A stretch of DNA of 63,835 bases, filler included. It is 7 parts of 7 records of this genome, joined end to end, with 100 filler letters (N's around TTAATTAATTAA, not from the genome) between each part and the next. Parts side by side here need not be neighbours in the genome. Positions count along the whole stretch, not along the records: positions 41,251 to 48,924 come from SRR20825019_798; positions 49,025 to 63,835 come from SRR20825019_801; 5 more parts are not named here. One strand, written 5' to 3'. Below the pieces are notes generated by a model that saw only the letters and a program-made list of their open reading frames with translations, did no database searches and was not told where the DNA came from. Positions 42,318 through 53,265 of this stretch are shown piece by piece (within the stretch, counting starts at the first letter, position 1; each line of letters begins with the position of its first letter). The translations under genes were made by a program, and so were the position numbers.

Positions 42318-45197
42318 TTAGTTTGGGACGTCGAACACCTCCTCGACCATCTTGATACCCTCCTTCTCCATGACGGCCAGGACGGGGCGGTACAGATCAG
42401 GGTCGGTGGGATCGATGAGGCCACGCTTGCTGCTGAGACCACCATCAAGGATGAGCTGGGCGGTCACTCCGACGGGGAGGCCAACTGTGACGGCGGTGGC
42501 GGTGTTGTGGTTATCCTTGCCGCGGTAGGTCAGGGTAGACTGGAAGACGCGAGTCTTGTTCTTGGAGGGGAAGTGGGCGGTAACACGATGGGTCATGATG
42601 TTGAAGTCACGCTCGTGGGCACGGATGGACATCTTGTCGGTGAGCACGGAGCACAGGGAGTCGATGATGAATCCACCGTTGGTCTTGGGGACCTGACGAT
42701 CAGAGAAGAGACCAAGACGGTCGAAGGCGAAGCGCACCTCGGCCATCTCGTCCTCGAAGGTGGGAGGGCGACGCTCAAGGGGTCCACGAGCCAGGGGGAT
42801 GGCGGCGAGGGCCTTGTAGGCGGCTCCGGCACGAACCTCATCACGCTGCTTGCCGACGCGATCGCACACGATCTTCATGACGGCGGCCTCCAGGTCGGTG
42901 GCGTTGTCACCAATCAGGCGACGCATAACATCATTCCAGGTGAAGCTAGCGTTAGAGCCAGTCTTGAGCTCATCCCAGCACTGGTTGTCGTTGAGGAGAC
43001 CAAGGGCGCTGTAGGCGAGGGCCACGGGGGCGTAGCCAGAGTAGCGGATGGTACCACGGACGAGATCCTCGACATCCTTGAGGCCGTAGCTCTCGACGTA
43101 ACGCTCAGAGTTACCGTTGGGGATCCAGTTGAGGTCCATACCCTTGTAGCCGGAGAGGGGCTGCATGAGGTAGTAGAGATCCTTACCCTCGACGGAATGC
43201 CACTCACCTCCGGCAAGGAAGCGGGTGGGGCGGGTGATGGCGGTGAGGACACCACGGGGGGACCAGGAGAACTTGTATCCCATGACACCGTCGGAGTTCT
43301 CAGGCTGGCAGAGAGCTCCGCAGAGGCTGACGTAGCGCTTAATAACACCACCCTGGCTACGGATGGACTGGAGGAGGTCGGCGGAGGTCATGATATCGAT
43401 TCCGGGGTCAAGACCAATCTCGTTGACAACAATGGACTCCTTGGCCTTCTCGCGGAGGGCCTCCATGCCGGGGCTCACGTAGGAGGCGGTCACGAGGGGA
43501 ACCTTGTGCTTGATGGTGCTCTCGGCGATCAGGGGGTGCATGTGGGCGGGGAGGAGGGAGATGACGCAATCGGCGGACTTGATGAGCTTCTCCACGTAGG
43601 TGTCCATAGTGGTGAGGTTGGCCTTCGCGGTGCGGAGGGGGCTGCTGTCGCTAAGGCTGGGAGCACCGAACTGCTTGATGACGGCCTCGAGGGAGGTGGA
43701 GTTGCCATCGACAACAGTTACGGAATTCTTAGGGTTCTTGAGAAGATGACGGACGCAGGGTCCGCTGGTCATACCGGCACCGAAGATGACGATACGGTCA
43801 CGGCTGTGCTCCTCCTTGGACTCGTGCTTGGCGCGGAGCTTCTCGATGTACTTGTAGTGGGGGGTGAGGGTACCGCTGTTGGTAACCTGGGAATTGTAGA
43901 GGTAGGGGCCCAGGGACTCCTTCTGGCTCTCGAGGTCGGCGGTACCGTCGCTGAGGGCAACACGCTCGATGAGGGGGACAAGTCCGACACCGAAGTCGGT
44001 GGAGGCCTCCTTGGGGAACTCGGCGGGGATGTGGTCAACACCCATGATGATGACTCCCTCGCCGTTGAAGTCGTTGATCTCCTGAACATCGTCGCTCTTG
44101 AGGTTGTAGACGTAGAAGGGGTTCTGGATAGTGGTGGCCTTGACGAAGAACTCGACGGATCCTCCAGGGTCGCAGGTGATGTCTCCGAGGCACAGCAGGG
44201 GCAAGCGGTCCTGCTCCTTGAGCTCGCGGGCCTGGCTGGTGGTCAAGAGACGGGGGAAGCGGGGCTCCCAGTACATGCCGTTGATAAGGACGTGGACGTA
44301 GGGGGCAACGCGATCCTGGAAGGTGGACTCGTAGTCCTGGGGGTTCTTGTAGTAGTCGGTGGTGGAGAAGCGCTTGGAGCTGTCCTTGTGCTGAACCATA
44401 TCCTTGCTACGGACGACAACGACGTTGATAATGTGGTTGTCCTGGGTGGCCTTGTCACGGGCCCAGATCTTGGGGAGGTCCTCGACCTCGACGTACCTGC
44501 AGGGGAGGAGATGGAGGATCTGCTGGGCGGCGTTGGACACGCTACCAGCACCGGTGATGGCAATGGTCAGGGGGCAGATGTCCTTGGGGAGGCCACGCTT
44601 CCTAATCTGCTCACCGATCTCGCGGAGGTCAGCACGGGCGACGTCCAGGCTAGAGTACTCCTTGGAGAGGGAGAGGTGCAGGAAGGGGGTGGCGAAGCCA
44701 CGGGTGAGGAGGGCAAGTCCTAGGGCGTGGAGGGTATCGATCATACCTCCGAAACCGGCGTAGGGGCCAAACTTGACCATACGGCCCTCCTCGTTGACGA
44801 TACGCTCGTAGTCCATCAGGCGGATGTTCTTCTCCATTATGGTGTCAAGCAGGGGCATGTTGTAGGGCTGGGCCTTGATGGTGTGGGAGAAGAAGAGGTA
44901 GGTACGATCGGGGATGAGCAGCTGGGGAGGGACCTCCTTTACGGCGCAGATGGTGCTGGCACCGGAGATGTCCTCGTTGATCTCGGCTCCGGCCTCCTCG
45001 TAGGCACGGTCGTCGTAGCAACGGATGGTGGAGGGCTGCACGATAATCTTCTTTACCTTACCGCGGTTAAGCAGCTCGGCGACCTGGGAGGGCACAAGGG
45101 GGACACGACGCTCCCAAACGTTCTTATCCTCGCGACGGATACCAATCACACCGTTGGCAGCAAGCCCGGTGTAGGTACAGGTAGTACGACGCAGCAT
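42318..45197 (-). CDS. AASS: Bifunctional lysine-ketoglutarate reductase/saccharopine dehydrogenase
   Basis: IRREDKNVWERRVPL, FFSHTIKAQ, DYERI, DITCDPGGS, VTASY, NEIGLDPGID, YKFSWSPRG, TVGLP; MLRR presequence. Confidence 0.95.
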   Translation of the reverse strand: MLRRTTCTYTGLAANGVIGIRREDKNVWERRVPLVPSQVAELLNRGKVKKIIVQPSTIRCYDDRAYEEAGAEINEDISGASTICAVKEVPPQLLIPDRTYLFFSHTIKAQPYNMPLLDTIMEKNIRLMDYERIVNEEGRMVKFGPYAGFGGMIDTLHALGLALLTRGFATPFLHLSLSKEYSSLDVARADLREIGEQIRKRGLPKDICPLTIAITGAGSVSNAAQQILHLLPCRYVEVEDLPKIWARDKATQDNHIINVVVVRSKDMVQHKDSSKRFSTTDYYKNPQDYESTFQDRVAPYVHVLINGMYWEPRFPRLLTTSQARELKEQDRLPLLCLGDITCDPGGSVEFFVKATTIQNPFYVYNLKSDDVQEINDFNGEGVIIMGVDHIPAEFPKEASTDFGVGLVPLIERVALSDGTADLESQKESLGPYLYNSQVTNSGTLTPHYKYIEKLRAKHESKEEHSRDRIVIFGAGMTSGPCVRHLLKNPKNSVTVVDGNSTSLEAVIKQFGAPSLSDSSPLRTAKANLTTMDTYVEKLIKSADCVISLLPAHMHPLIAESTIKHKVPLVTASYVSPGMEALREKAKESIVVNEIGLDPGIDIMTSADLLQSIRSQGGVIKRYVSLCGALCQPENSDGVMGYKFSWSPRGVLTAITRPTRFLAGGEWHSVEGKDLYYLMQPLSGYKGMDLNWIPNGNSERYVESYGLKDVEDLVRGTIRYSGYAPVALAYSALGLLNDNQCWDELKTGSNASFTWNDVMRRLIGDNATDLEAAVMKIVCDRVGKQRDEVRAGAAYKALAAIPLARGPLERRPPTFEDEMAEVRFAFDRLGLFSDRQVPKTNGGFIIDSLCSVLTDKMSIRAHERDFNIMTHRVTAHFPSKNKTRVFQSTLTYRGKDNHNTATAVTVGLPVGVTAQLILDGGLSSKRGLIDPTDPDLYRPVLAVMEKEGIKMVEEVFDVPN

Positions 45198-45491
45198 TGG
45201 TGGTTAAACACTACTAGAGTTCTATAAATATGAAAAGAAGGGCGAAATTGTTTGTAATACACAGAACATGAGGGTAGCAAATATATGTGTGTCGCCGCCT
45301 ACGAGGAGCGACACGTTCAATGAAGATACCAACCCACATCCCTAAAAAAGGACGATGTTTCAGAGTTAGGCACTCCACAGAAAACAACAATAACAAAAGG
45401 GATGGAATTGATATTTCAGTACACATGTTGAACGTAGTCTAGTACACAAGGGGGTCAACTATGCATCACTACTCCTATATGTATATGCATA

Positions 45492-47258
45492 CTAGTGCTT
45501 ATAGGGGATGCAGTTGGTCTCGAGGGTCTTCTTGAGGTACCCATTCTCGGACTCAAGCAGCTTGATCTCCTCCTCACTCTCGGTCTTAACCTTTGAGAGT
45601 TCGGCTTGGAGGGAGTCGATGATTAGGCCCTGGTTGGAGAGCTGCCCCTTGAGGCGCACCTCCACCTCGTTGGAGGCCTTGGCCCTGTGCTCGAGGTCCC
45701 TAGACAGCTTGGCGACCTTCTCCCCCAATACGGTCTCGAGGGGTTGGCTAGAGTCGGTGATGGTGGTGAGGGCAACATCATTGCGATGGGGAATGAAGTT
45801 CTCGTCCAGCTTGCGGCGCAGGCGGCGGATCTCCTCGTCCTTCTGGGCCTCGACGGTATCGAGCTCCTTCTCACGCTCAACGAGAGCGGCCTGGAGCTGG
45901 TACACAGTGGACTTAAGGATAGAGTTGTCGGAGCTAAGCTTCATCTCGACATCACCAGCGGCACTCTTCTTTTTATCCATCTCGGCAGACATGATCTGGA
46001 GGGCAGAGCTCTTAGTCTCGACCTCAGCCATGATGGACTTGGACTCGTGATCGCGGTCTTCCCTCTCAGCCTTCAGTTTTTGCTGTAGCTGGGAGATGAT
46101 GGTGCGATTGTTCGCTATCTGGGCGTTAAGGAAGGTGGCCTTGTCGAAGTGCTCGCGGTCCTTGCGACGGAGAAGGCTCTCGAGCTCCTCAACACGCTTG
46201 TGGAGAGTTTCGAGCTCGAGCCTGGCGCTGGAGGTCTCAGCGGTGGCGGATGCCTTGACGCGAGTGACCTCACCCTGCTGCTTGTTGCACTGGTTCTTGA
46301 AGCTGTGAAGCTCTGAGTGGAGGTACTTCATATCGAACTTAAGCTGCTCAACCTTGCTCTGGTAGTCGTGAAGGTCGGCCTCTGCCTGGCGCTGGATCTG
46401 CTCCTTCTCCCGCTTTACGAGATCGCTCTCCTCCTTGAGGTGCTGGTACTTGGCGTCGAGGGTAATGTTCTCCTGCTTAAGCTTATTGGCGATGGCACGC
46501 TCCTCGTCGACAATCTCTTGAGACTTGCGCTTAGTCTCGTCGAGTTGGTTGTTTAGCAGCTGCATGAGGGTTACGTTCTTCCTGTCGTCGGCCTCCCTGC
46601 TTTCAATCACCTCCTGGAGGGTGTTATTGAGGGTGTTCACCTTCTCTAGCTCACGCTCGAGGGACTTGATCCGGCTGGACATCTCTCGGTCGTTCTTCTC
46701 CTTCTCATTGGTGAGAGCATCTAGATTCTTGGTCACTGCCACTAACTGCTCCTCAAGGCGCTGCTTGTGCTTGCCGCTTTCATCGCGACTACGGCCATGT
46801 GCGGCACGCTCATCGGCGAGGGCCGAGGTGAGATCGCCATTGTCGGCTACAACCTGCGCCCTATCCTCCAACAGGTGCCTCTGGGTCTCCTCTCCCTCCG
46901 ACCGCAGAGAGCTAATTTCGTTTAGGAGGGACTCCTTGAGGTGCACCATACGCTCGAGCTCGGTTTCCAGCTCGGTACGCTCGGCGGTGTAGAGGGCCTT
47001 CTGGGACTCGAGTTCGTTAGCGAGGGCTACGATCTTAGAGTCCTTCTGGGACATAATGCGGATCTGCTCCTCCTTCTTGGCACGCTTCCTCTCCTCCTCC
47101 TCCTCAAAGTCCCTCTTTTCATTCTCCATTTGTTGGCGCTCCTCGGCGGTACGCTCCTTACGGAGGGTCTCTTCTAGGCGAAGCTTGGCCTCCTGCTCCC
47201 TAGCTATCCGCTCGAGCTCCTCCTTCGACTTCTGAGGCTTGCGGCGGGCAACACGCAT
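45492..47258 (-). CDS. Long coiled-coil protein
   Basis: 588 aa, E/K/L/Q-rich heptads; intronless. Confidence 0.8.
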   Translation of the reverse strand: MRVARRKPQKSKEELERIAREQEAKLRLEETLRKERTAEERQQMENEKRDFEEEEERKRAKKEEQIRIMSQKDSKIVALANELESQKALYTAERTELETELERMVHLKESLLNEISSLRSEGEETQRHLLEDRAQVVADNGDLTSALADERAAHGRSRDESGKHKQRLEEQLVAVTKNLDALTNEKEKNDREMSSRIKSLERELEKVNTLNNTLQEVIESREADDRKNVTLMQLLNNQLDETKRKSQEIVDEERAIANKLKQENITLDAKYQHLKEESDLVKREKEQIQRQAEADLHDYQSKVEQLKFDMKYLHSELHSFKNQCNKQQGEVTRVKASATAETSSARLELETLHKRVEELESLLRRKDREHFDKATFLNAQIANNRTIISQLQQKLKAEREDRDHESKSIMAEVETKSSALQIMSAEMDKKKSAAGDVEMKLSSDNSILKSTVYQLQAALVEREKELDTVEAQKDEEIRRLRRKLDENFIPHRNDVALTTITDSSQPLETVLGEKVAKLSRDLEHRAKASNEVEVRLKGQLSNQGLIIDSLQAELSKVKTESEEEIKLLESENGYLKKTLETNCIPYKH

Positions 47259-47414
47259 TCTAATTTTAAAAGAGAAGGGAAAGGAAATTTAATATTTAAA
47301 ATATGGAATTTAAAATAACAGTTTCCAAGATACCGAAAACTCCTACTTTGATAAAACATAATAAGTTTATTAGATGTTACTATAATTGGTGTGTCTACTT
47401 CTTGTCTGATGATC

Positions 47415-47852
47415 CTACTTACTCCTTCGGAAGTTGGACCGTCCCTTAGGTCTACCCATATGAGAGTTGCTAAGGGGTGCATTCTTTTCAAAGTCCCACT
47501 GTCGTGTGGCCCTCCTAGCCGCCTCTGGCCTCTCCCTGGCATTCTTAAGGGACCCTATGAGCACCATATCGTCCACCCCACAACATCTGTGGAAGTGGTG
47601 CTTCTGTGCGATGGGAACCGCCTTGGCCCTACCACACGCCTTACACTGTTTGAAGAGGGTATGGGATAGGGGGGTCGATTTGGAGGGGTCGCTGGGGTCC
47701 TGAGATCGTCTGTATGGACTTTGGTAGTCTGGGGATGGTTGGGAGTGTAGACCCGTGGGACGGGGCTTGAAGGGCTGCATGCCAATGATAAACTGCTTAG
47801 CCCCAAGGAGGATGCGGGTAGCGGTCAATATACCCCCTCCTCTATTCATCAT
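47415..47852 (-). CDS. Small basic Cys-containing protein, probably mitochondrial
   Basis: CKACG..KHHFHRCC; co-oriented with neighbours; pyrimidine tract and AG upstream. Confidence 0.6.
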   Translation of the reverse strand: MMNRGGGILTATRILLGAKQFIIGMQPFKPRPTGLHSQPSPDYQSPYRRSQDPSDPSKSTPLSHTLFKQCKACGRAKAVPIAQKHHFHRCCGVDDMVLIGSLKNARERPEAARRATRQWDFEKNAPLSNSHMGRPKGRSNFRRSK

Positions 47853-48106
47853 GTTGTTGTGTTGAAAACTGGACTGGACTATATAATGTAGATTGATGGA
47901 AAGGGGGAAATATTGTTACAAGATAGCACACGAGGGACACACGAGGGCAATCACAAACAAATACGAAATTAAATATAGAAGTAGATTCAATTCTACTTGA
48001 TGATCTCTTCGTAACAGGGGCGTTTGTTGTTTGTGGGATATGCATGTGTTTGTGTGTATGTGTGTACATGAGGCAGGTGTGCCCGTCTCGTCGTCTGGGG
48101 TGGTGA

Positions 48107-48784
48107 CTACAGGGGCTGGGGTACCACAATGGCACCATCCTCGGCCTGGATGTCAGTAAGGCCCTTAGTAATCGGGGTAGTAGCCTCGCCATCCTTGGGG
48201 GCAATCTGCAGCCGTCTGAAGGCGCTTACATTCCGGCCCTTGTATGCCGATATCTGGTCGATAAGCTGCTCATCGGCGGCAGAGAGGTGCCCCTTGTTTG
48301 AGGTGTGCCTCTCCAACACCGCCACGCACAGCTCCAAGGCCTCGGTGACGTGTCTAGGTAGGAACACCTTAGGGGAGTAGTGGTCTTGGGGAAGGTTGTT
48401 CATATAGGCCACCTCCCTTGGGGGATAACCCGTAGCTGGGTGGGTATCCACGTTAGCCAGCTCGCCGCCCTTCTTAACGGCAGTGGGAGAGGAGCATTCC
48501 ACCAAGGCGGTCTTATAGGCCTCGTTTACCTTGTAGGTACCACGGGTGGGGGAGGCCTGGGAGCTAGCAGGGGATGGGGACACGACGAGGGCACCACTGT
48601 TGACATTGGCGATGTTGTTGTTGTTGTTGTTGTTGGAGAGGCTACTCACGGGCCTGCTGTTGGGGTTGCTGGATTGTAGGTTGGGGTTAACGCTAGATAG
48701 GTACTCCTTCGCACCTTGGGAGGATTGGCCAGACTTGGACATTGCCTCCTCCTGCTCCTTGAGTCGGTCGAGTATTGACGACAT
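48107..48784 (-). CDS. Hypothetical protein with poly-Asn tract
   Basis: 225-aa ORF, acceptor-like upstream sequence, co-oriented. Confidence 0.7.
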   Translation of the reverse strand: MSSILDRLKEQEEAMSKSGQSSQGAKEYLSSVNPNLQSSNPNSRPVSSLSNNNNNNNIANVNSGALVVSPSPASSQASPTRGTYKVNEAYKTALVECSSPTAVKKGGELANVDTHPATGYPPREVAYMNNLPQDHYSPKVFLPRHVTEALELCVAVLERHTSNKGHLSAADEQLIDQISAYKGRNVSAFRRLQIAPKDGEATTPITKGLTDIQAEDGAIVVPQPL

Positions 48785-49028
48785 TTTTAATAAAATATAC
48801 CTAAAATATAAAAAGAGAGGAGAGGTAGGGATATGTGATCATTCATTTTAAAATCGAAGATCAAATATGGAGTTGGCACCACACTTCGGTATATATTTGT
48901 ACAAAATAAAACACGGTTAATATANNNNNNNNNNNNNNNNNNNNNNNNNNNNNNNNNNNNNNNNNNNNTTAATTAATTAANNNNNNNNNNNNNNNNNNNN
49001 NNNNNNNNNNNNNNNNNNNNNNNNACCC

Positions 49029-49053
49029 AACACACACACACACACACACACAC
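49029..49053. repeat. (CA)n microsatellite at contig start
   Basis: Directly visible. Confidence 0.9.
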
Positions 49054-52000
49054 ATGAACCCCTCCTCACATTCGCCATCCACACCAGATGATGGGGGAAA
49101 TCAGCAACCCAAATCCTCCTACCGAAACTACTTCCAATCGTCTCCAAGCAACACCCCCAACAACAACAACAATAGTGGTGGTGGTAATGATGTAACATCA
49201 TTCCTGTCAGGGCGGAGTGGAGGTGGTGGGGGAGGAGGACGTGGTGCCTCCGAGTCTCCTCCTCCAAGGGACCGTGATTTCTACCGTATGTACTCTGCTC
49301 CTGCTGCAGTAAGTGCCGCCGCTGACCAACAGCAGCCCCCTCTCAGTGCGGGGGGGTCATTCCAGCCGTTAGATCATGCCCGTGGTGTCTCCACCGAGGA
49401 GGCCCTACTATACGGCCGAGCAGCGAAGGCCAATGCAACCCAAAACTACAACCACAGTGAGGCCGATACCAGCCCACCTCACTCATCTGTCCCCCCTGAG
49501 GAGGACGACTTTACCTCCGCCCTCATACGCCACGCAGCTAGATCTCTTGGAGTAGACTACGTACCAAGCACCGGTGTCTTACCCACTAGAAACCTCAATG
49601 TGACTTTAGCCGAGGAGGAGGATGATATTGCTTTGGGGCAGTACCGAGGTAATCGATCCGGCAACAACAACAGTACCATCCACACCGGATATCGTACCCG
49701 TACCGTTGGGTTACATGGAGGACTAGATGGACGTGGTGGGGGTGGTGAGCTACCCAACACTTCCCCCCAACGCCGCCTTCGTAGGATGGCAGGTGCCCAC
49801 CGACTACTAAAGCAGGAAACCAGCGTGGGGTTCACTAATCAGGAGTTGGACGATGAGGAGCCCTTCGAGGACGATCCATGGAACGGTGAGCACAGTAATA
49901 TAATGATGCCGGATGCAAAGTACCATCGACGCCTTGGTGGTGGGGGTGGTAACCTCTCCATGGATCTCCTCTACGCTACATCCCCAAAGCGTTCCCGCCA
50001 AATGTTCACCGCCCCAACCGAGCCCCCGTCTGAGCTCCTAAAGCAAATCAAGCTTCGTGAGAAGGCCCTAGGGGACGACCATCTCTCTGTAGCGGCTTTA
50101 CGCTTGCAGCTCGCCGAGCACTACGTCGTGGCTGAGCAGTCTGGGAATGCCGAGGAGGAGTTCCTTAAGGTGCTAGATATATTTAAGAAGAGGTACGGTG
50201 GGGAGCGGGCGCGGGAGGTGCTGCCCCTATTGGCCAAGATAGCCACCTTCTATGCCTCCATCGAACAGTACTCGAAATCTGAGCTATATTTTGGGAAGGC
50301 CAAGGTAGCTGCAGAGGCTGAGGAGGAGATTAAGCAGAGCAAGTATCTCTATGCACTCCTAGATGAGGAGAGGAAAATATTCGAATCCCTCGGCGGGACC
50401 GATCCAGCTAAGCTAGCCCCCCAGTATGTACAAGAGCTCTCCGAGGCAGGTATTTCCCAGGAGGAGAGGGATAGCAGGAAAGAGGCCCAGTTTAATCGAA
50501 GGGAGCAGGCTAGGAGGACTATGATGGTAATCAGGGGGGAGCTATCTAGTGATGCCGCCAATCTTGGGGATACCGTCGCCATGAGCAACATTCTGAGGGA
50601 ACACCGCCACGTAAATCTTACTCCTAAGCAGGCCGCTTCGATTAAGCTAAAGGGACTCCTGCAGTCCCTCCGCGAAGGGCAATCGGCCGATACACACATC
50701 CGGGTCGACGATGACAATATTTTCCGACACAGAGGAGATGATAGTCCTACAGTGCGACGAAGTGTTGGTCGTGCTGCCTCAGGAAGCGATGTTGGTAGCG
50801 ATGAGGAGGTCGACTACGAGCCCCCCCTCCGCGAGGACCAATTCTCTAGCGTCGTTGAGTTCTACGATGCCCTCCAGGCTCAAGAAAAGCGTCGCAGCGC
50901 AAACGCAGCACTCCGAGCGGAGAGGAAGAGGGGTGGTAGTCAACATCATCGTGGTGGTGGTGGTAAGTCCGAGATCAACCCTGCTACATCACTCCCCCGC
51001 CCCGGTACCAAGATAGCCAAGGATGATAGACGAGCAGTAGCGCATGCCCTCGCCGCCTCCGTCCTCAACGGCACCATGGAGTCCACTAGGGGGGATGATG
51101 TCTTTGCGGTGGCAATGCTACGAGAGCAAGAGTCCCTAAAGCGAAAGATCGAGCTGCAAAACCAATACAATGCCCAAATTGAAGAGGGATCCTATGAAAA
51201 CAAGCACCGGCGCCAACTTCAGGAGCTCATGAGCAAGAGTGGGCTCTTTGGCGGTGGTGCATCATCATCTCCCACTAATGGGGATGTGTATGGTGGCCAG
51301 GCCCTTACCAAGCTTCCCATAGGTGCCTCCAGGCAGATCGTTATGAAGTGCGGTGGGGTGCTTGGATCGCTGGGCTGGAATGTATCCGTGGACGCACCAT
51401 GGGCCTCCTCCCAGACGGGCGGCAAGAAGCTAACCCCAGCCGAGGTGGTTGCTAGTGTCAGGGCTACAGCTGCGGCCAATGCTGGAGGCACCAAACCAAA
51501 GGAGAACGACATGGCCAAGAAGAGCAGGTTGATGAATGACGATGAGCGTGCTATGCTGAAGCTGGACTTCACTACCGACGCCGCTGCTGCTGCCGCGGGA
51601 AGGAGGCAGCACCACGACAATACCCGCCAAAAGCAGCAACAGTCCTCTCGTCGCGGAGTAGATTCTGACGATGATGATACCAGGCCTCCGAGCGAAGTGG
51701 ATGAGTCTGAGATCATCCAGAACAGGGAATGGTTTGAATCAAATTTATCATCATCCCACGCAGATGGTGCAAATAACAAAGACCACCATGCTGCTACCAC
51801 TAGCTCTTCTGCTGGTTCAGGTCCCAGCCTAAACCTTGCTGCTGATACCTTGAAGTTGGTGCAAGAGGCGCTGTTCCGTGCAGGGGAGTTGAGGAGGGAC
51901 AGACAGGCTACAGAGCTATTGATGCGTGGTGGTGATGCTTCAAACCATAACAACTCCCACTCATTGGCTACGACCTCCCCACTTCTAAATTTCTCTAATG

Positions 52001-52959
52001 CTCGTGCGATCACATCATCAAACAACAACTACAACCCCAACCACAACACCAGCGGTCGCCCCTCTAATAACAATGATGGTCGGTCCTCATCATCGGTAAC
52101 ACGTCGTCGTCATGAGCCCCACCCCGATAGCAGCGAATCACCCCGATCAAAGTCTCGAGAGTGGAACTACAGCAACATCAATGGTGGTGGTGGTGTTGTC
52201 GATGAGGATGGTTTGGTGATGGATGAGCGATCCCCGATTCTACCAACCCGTGGCGGCTCCTCCGACCCCTCCCCTACATTCCCCACATCCGTACACCCCC
52301 TCACCTACAACACACAGGCTTCCCTCCGAAGTGTCTCCCCACCCCAGCGTCGCAACAACAACGTCACTCCCACCACTGCTACCGCAGCTCCTTCCAACAA
52401 CAACAACAACAACAATAATAGTGGTGCTGGCCAATTTAGTTATGATTTTGACAATCACTACGCCCCCGATGATGATGCTGATACCATGAACAACCAGGCT
52501 AGCCCCAAACCTCTGAGCTCCTCTCCCATGATGGGCACATCATCGACAAACTACGCTGTTGGGGGTGCAGGCAATCACAGTGATGATGAGGATGATGCGC
52601 AATCTGAGCTATCAAGGCTGGTACAACAACAACGTCGCGAGCGCAATGTTATGCGTGGCGGCGGCGGAGGGGGCCAACAACAACACCAACCCCAGTACCA
52701 AACCATCACCCCATCACATCAATACGATCATCATAATCCCTCTGCGGTTGAGAATGAGCTAGCAGGGGTACTAATGGGTCTTGCATCAGCGGCAGAGACC
52801 CCCCGCCCCTCCCCCAGGGATGACATGGGTAACAACCACAACAACAATGATGTTTCTCCAGTTGAGCGGGAGCTAGCTGACGTGATTCTACGCTCAGCTC
52901 GTGGGGGCAATGCCAACAATGCCGTTGATGTGGATTTGTCCTCCTACACTTCATACTAA
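49054..52959 (+). CDS. Large low-complexity protein with KLC-type TPR segment (possibly 5'-truncated)
   Basis: REKALGDDHLSVA..LAEHY..AEEEFLKVLDI..LAKIATFY..SELYF; poly-N/G/Q tracts; frame open to the contig edge. Confidence 0.75.
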   Translation: MNPSSHSPSTPDDGGNQQPKSSYRNYFQSSPSNTPNNNNNSGGGNDVTSFLSGRSGGGGGGGRGASESPPPRDRDFYRMYSAPAAVSAAADQQQPPLSAGGSFQPLDHARGVSTEEALLYGRAAKANATQNYNHSEADTSPPHSSVPPEEDDFTSALIRHAARSLGVDYVPSTGVLPTRNLNVTLAEEEDDIALGQYRGNRSGNNNSTIHTGYRTRTVGLHGGLDGRGGGGELPNTSPQRRLRRMAGAHRLLKQETSVGFTNQELDDEEPFEDDPWNGEHSNIMMPDAKYHRRLGGGGGNLSMDLLYATSPKRSRQMFTAPTEPPSELLKQIKLREKALGDDHLSVAALRLQLAEHYVVAEQSGNAEEEFLKVLDIFKKRYGGERAREVLPLLAKIATFYASIEQYSKSELYFGKAKVAAEAEEEIKQSKYLYALLDEERKIFESLGGTDPAKLAPQYVQELSEAGISQEERDSRKEAQFNRREQARRTMMVIRGELSSDAANLGDTVAMSNILREHRHVNLTPKQAASIKLKGLLQSLREGQSADTHIRVDDDNIFRHRGDDSPTVRRSVGRAASGSDVGSDEEVDYEPPLREDQFSSVVEFYDALQAQEKRRSANAALRAERKRGGSQHHRGGGGKSEINPATSLPRPGTKIAKDDRRAVAHALAASVLNGTMESTRGDDVFAVAMLREQESLKRKIELQNQYNAQIEEGSYENKHRRQLQELMSKSGLFGGGASSSPTNGDVYGGQALTKLPIGASRQIVMKCGGVLGSLGWNVSVDAPWASSQTGGKKLTPAEVVASVRATAAANAGGTKPKENDMAKKSRLMNDDERAMLKLDFTTDAAAAAAGRRQHHDNTRQKQQQSSRRGVDSDDDDTRPPSEVDESEIIQNREWFESNLSSSHADGANNKDHHAATTSSSAGSGPSLNLAADTLKLVQEALFRAGELRRDRQATELLMRGGDASNHNNSHSLATTSPLLNFSNARAITSSNNNYNPNHNTSGRPSNNNDGRSSSSVTRRRHEPHPDSSESPRSKSREWNYSNINGGGGVVDEDGLVMDERSPILPTRGGSSDPSPTFPTSVHPLTYNTQASLRSVSPPQRRNNNVTPTTATAAPSNNNNNNNNSGAGQFSYDFDNHYAPDDDADTMNNQASPKPLSSSPMMGTSSTNYAVGGAGNHSDDEDDAQSELSRLVQQQRRERNVMRGGGGGGQQQHQPQYQTITPSHQYDHHNPSAVENELAGVLMGLASAAETPRPSPRDDMGNNHNNNDVSPVERELADVILRSARGGNANNAVDVDLSSYTSY

Positions 52960-53265
52960 TTGACTGCCCCCCACCCTCGCCGCGTTACCTCCCCACCATC
53001 ACCATCACACACACCTGTACTTTCAAATCTATTTATTTATGAGAGAAGGCAAACTCTTTGTACCACTACCAACATTGCCCTTCCCCTCCAACACCACAAC
53101 CCCCTTGTATTATTGTGCCTATCACTTTTAGACACATACATTTTTTAAAATACACACCTACCCTTGCTTTGATTCGTCACATGTTGTCTTTAGCATTTAT
53201 CATTTCCCAAAACACTCCCATTTCAACATGTCCAAGTTTTAATTTAAAGTTCAGTTTTCGCAGCC

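Noticed and set aside
42282-44723. 813-aa plus-strand ORF antisense to AASS
   Set aside because: Shadow ORF explained by the strong codon bias of AASS; no recognisable motifs
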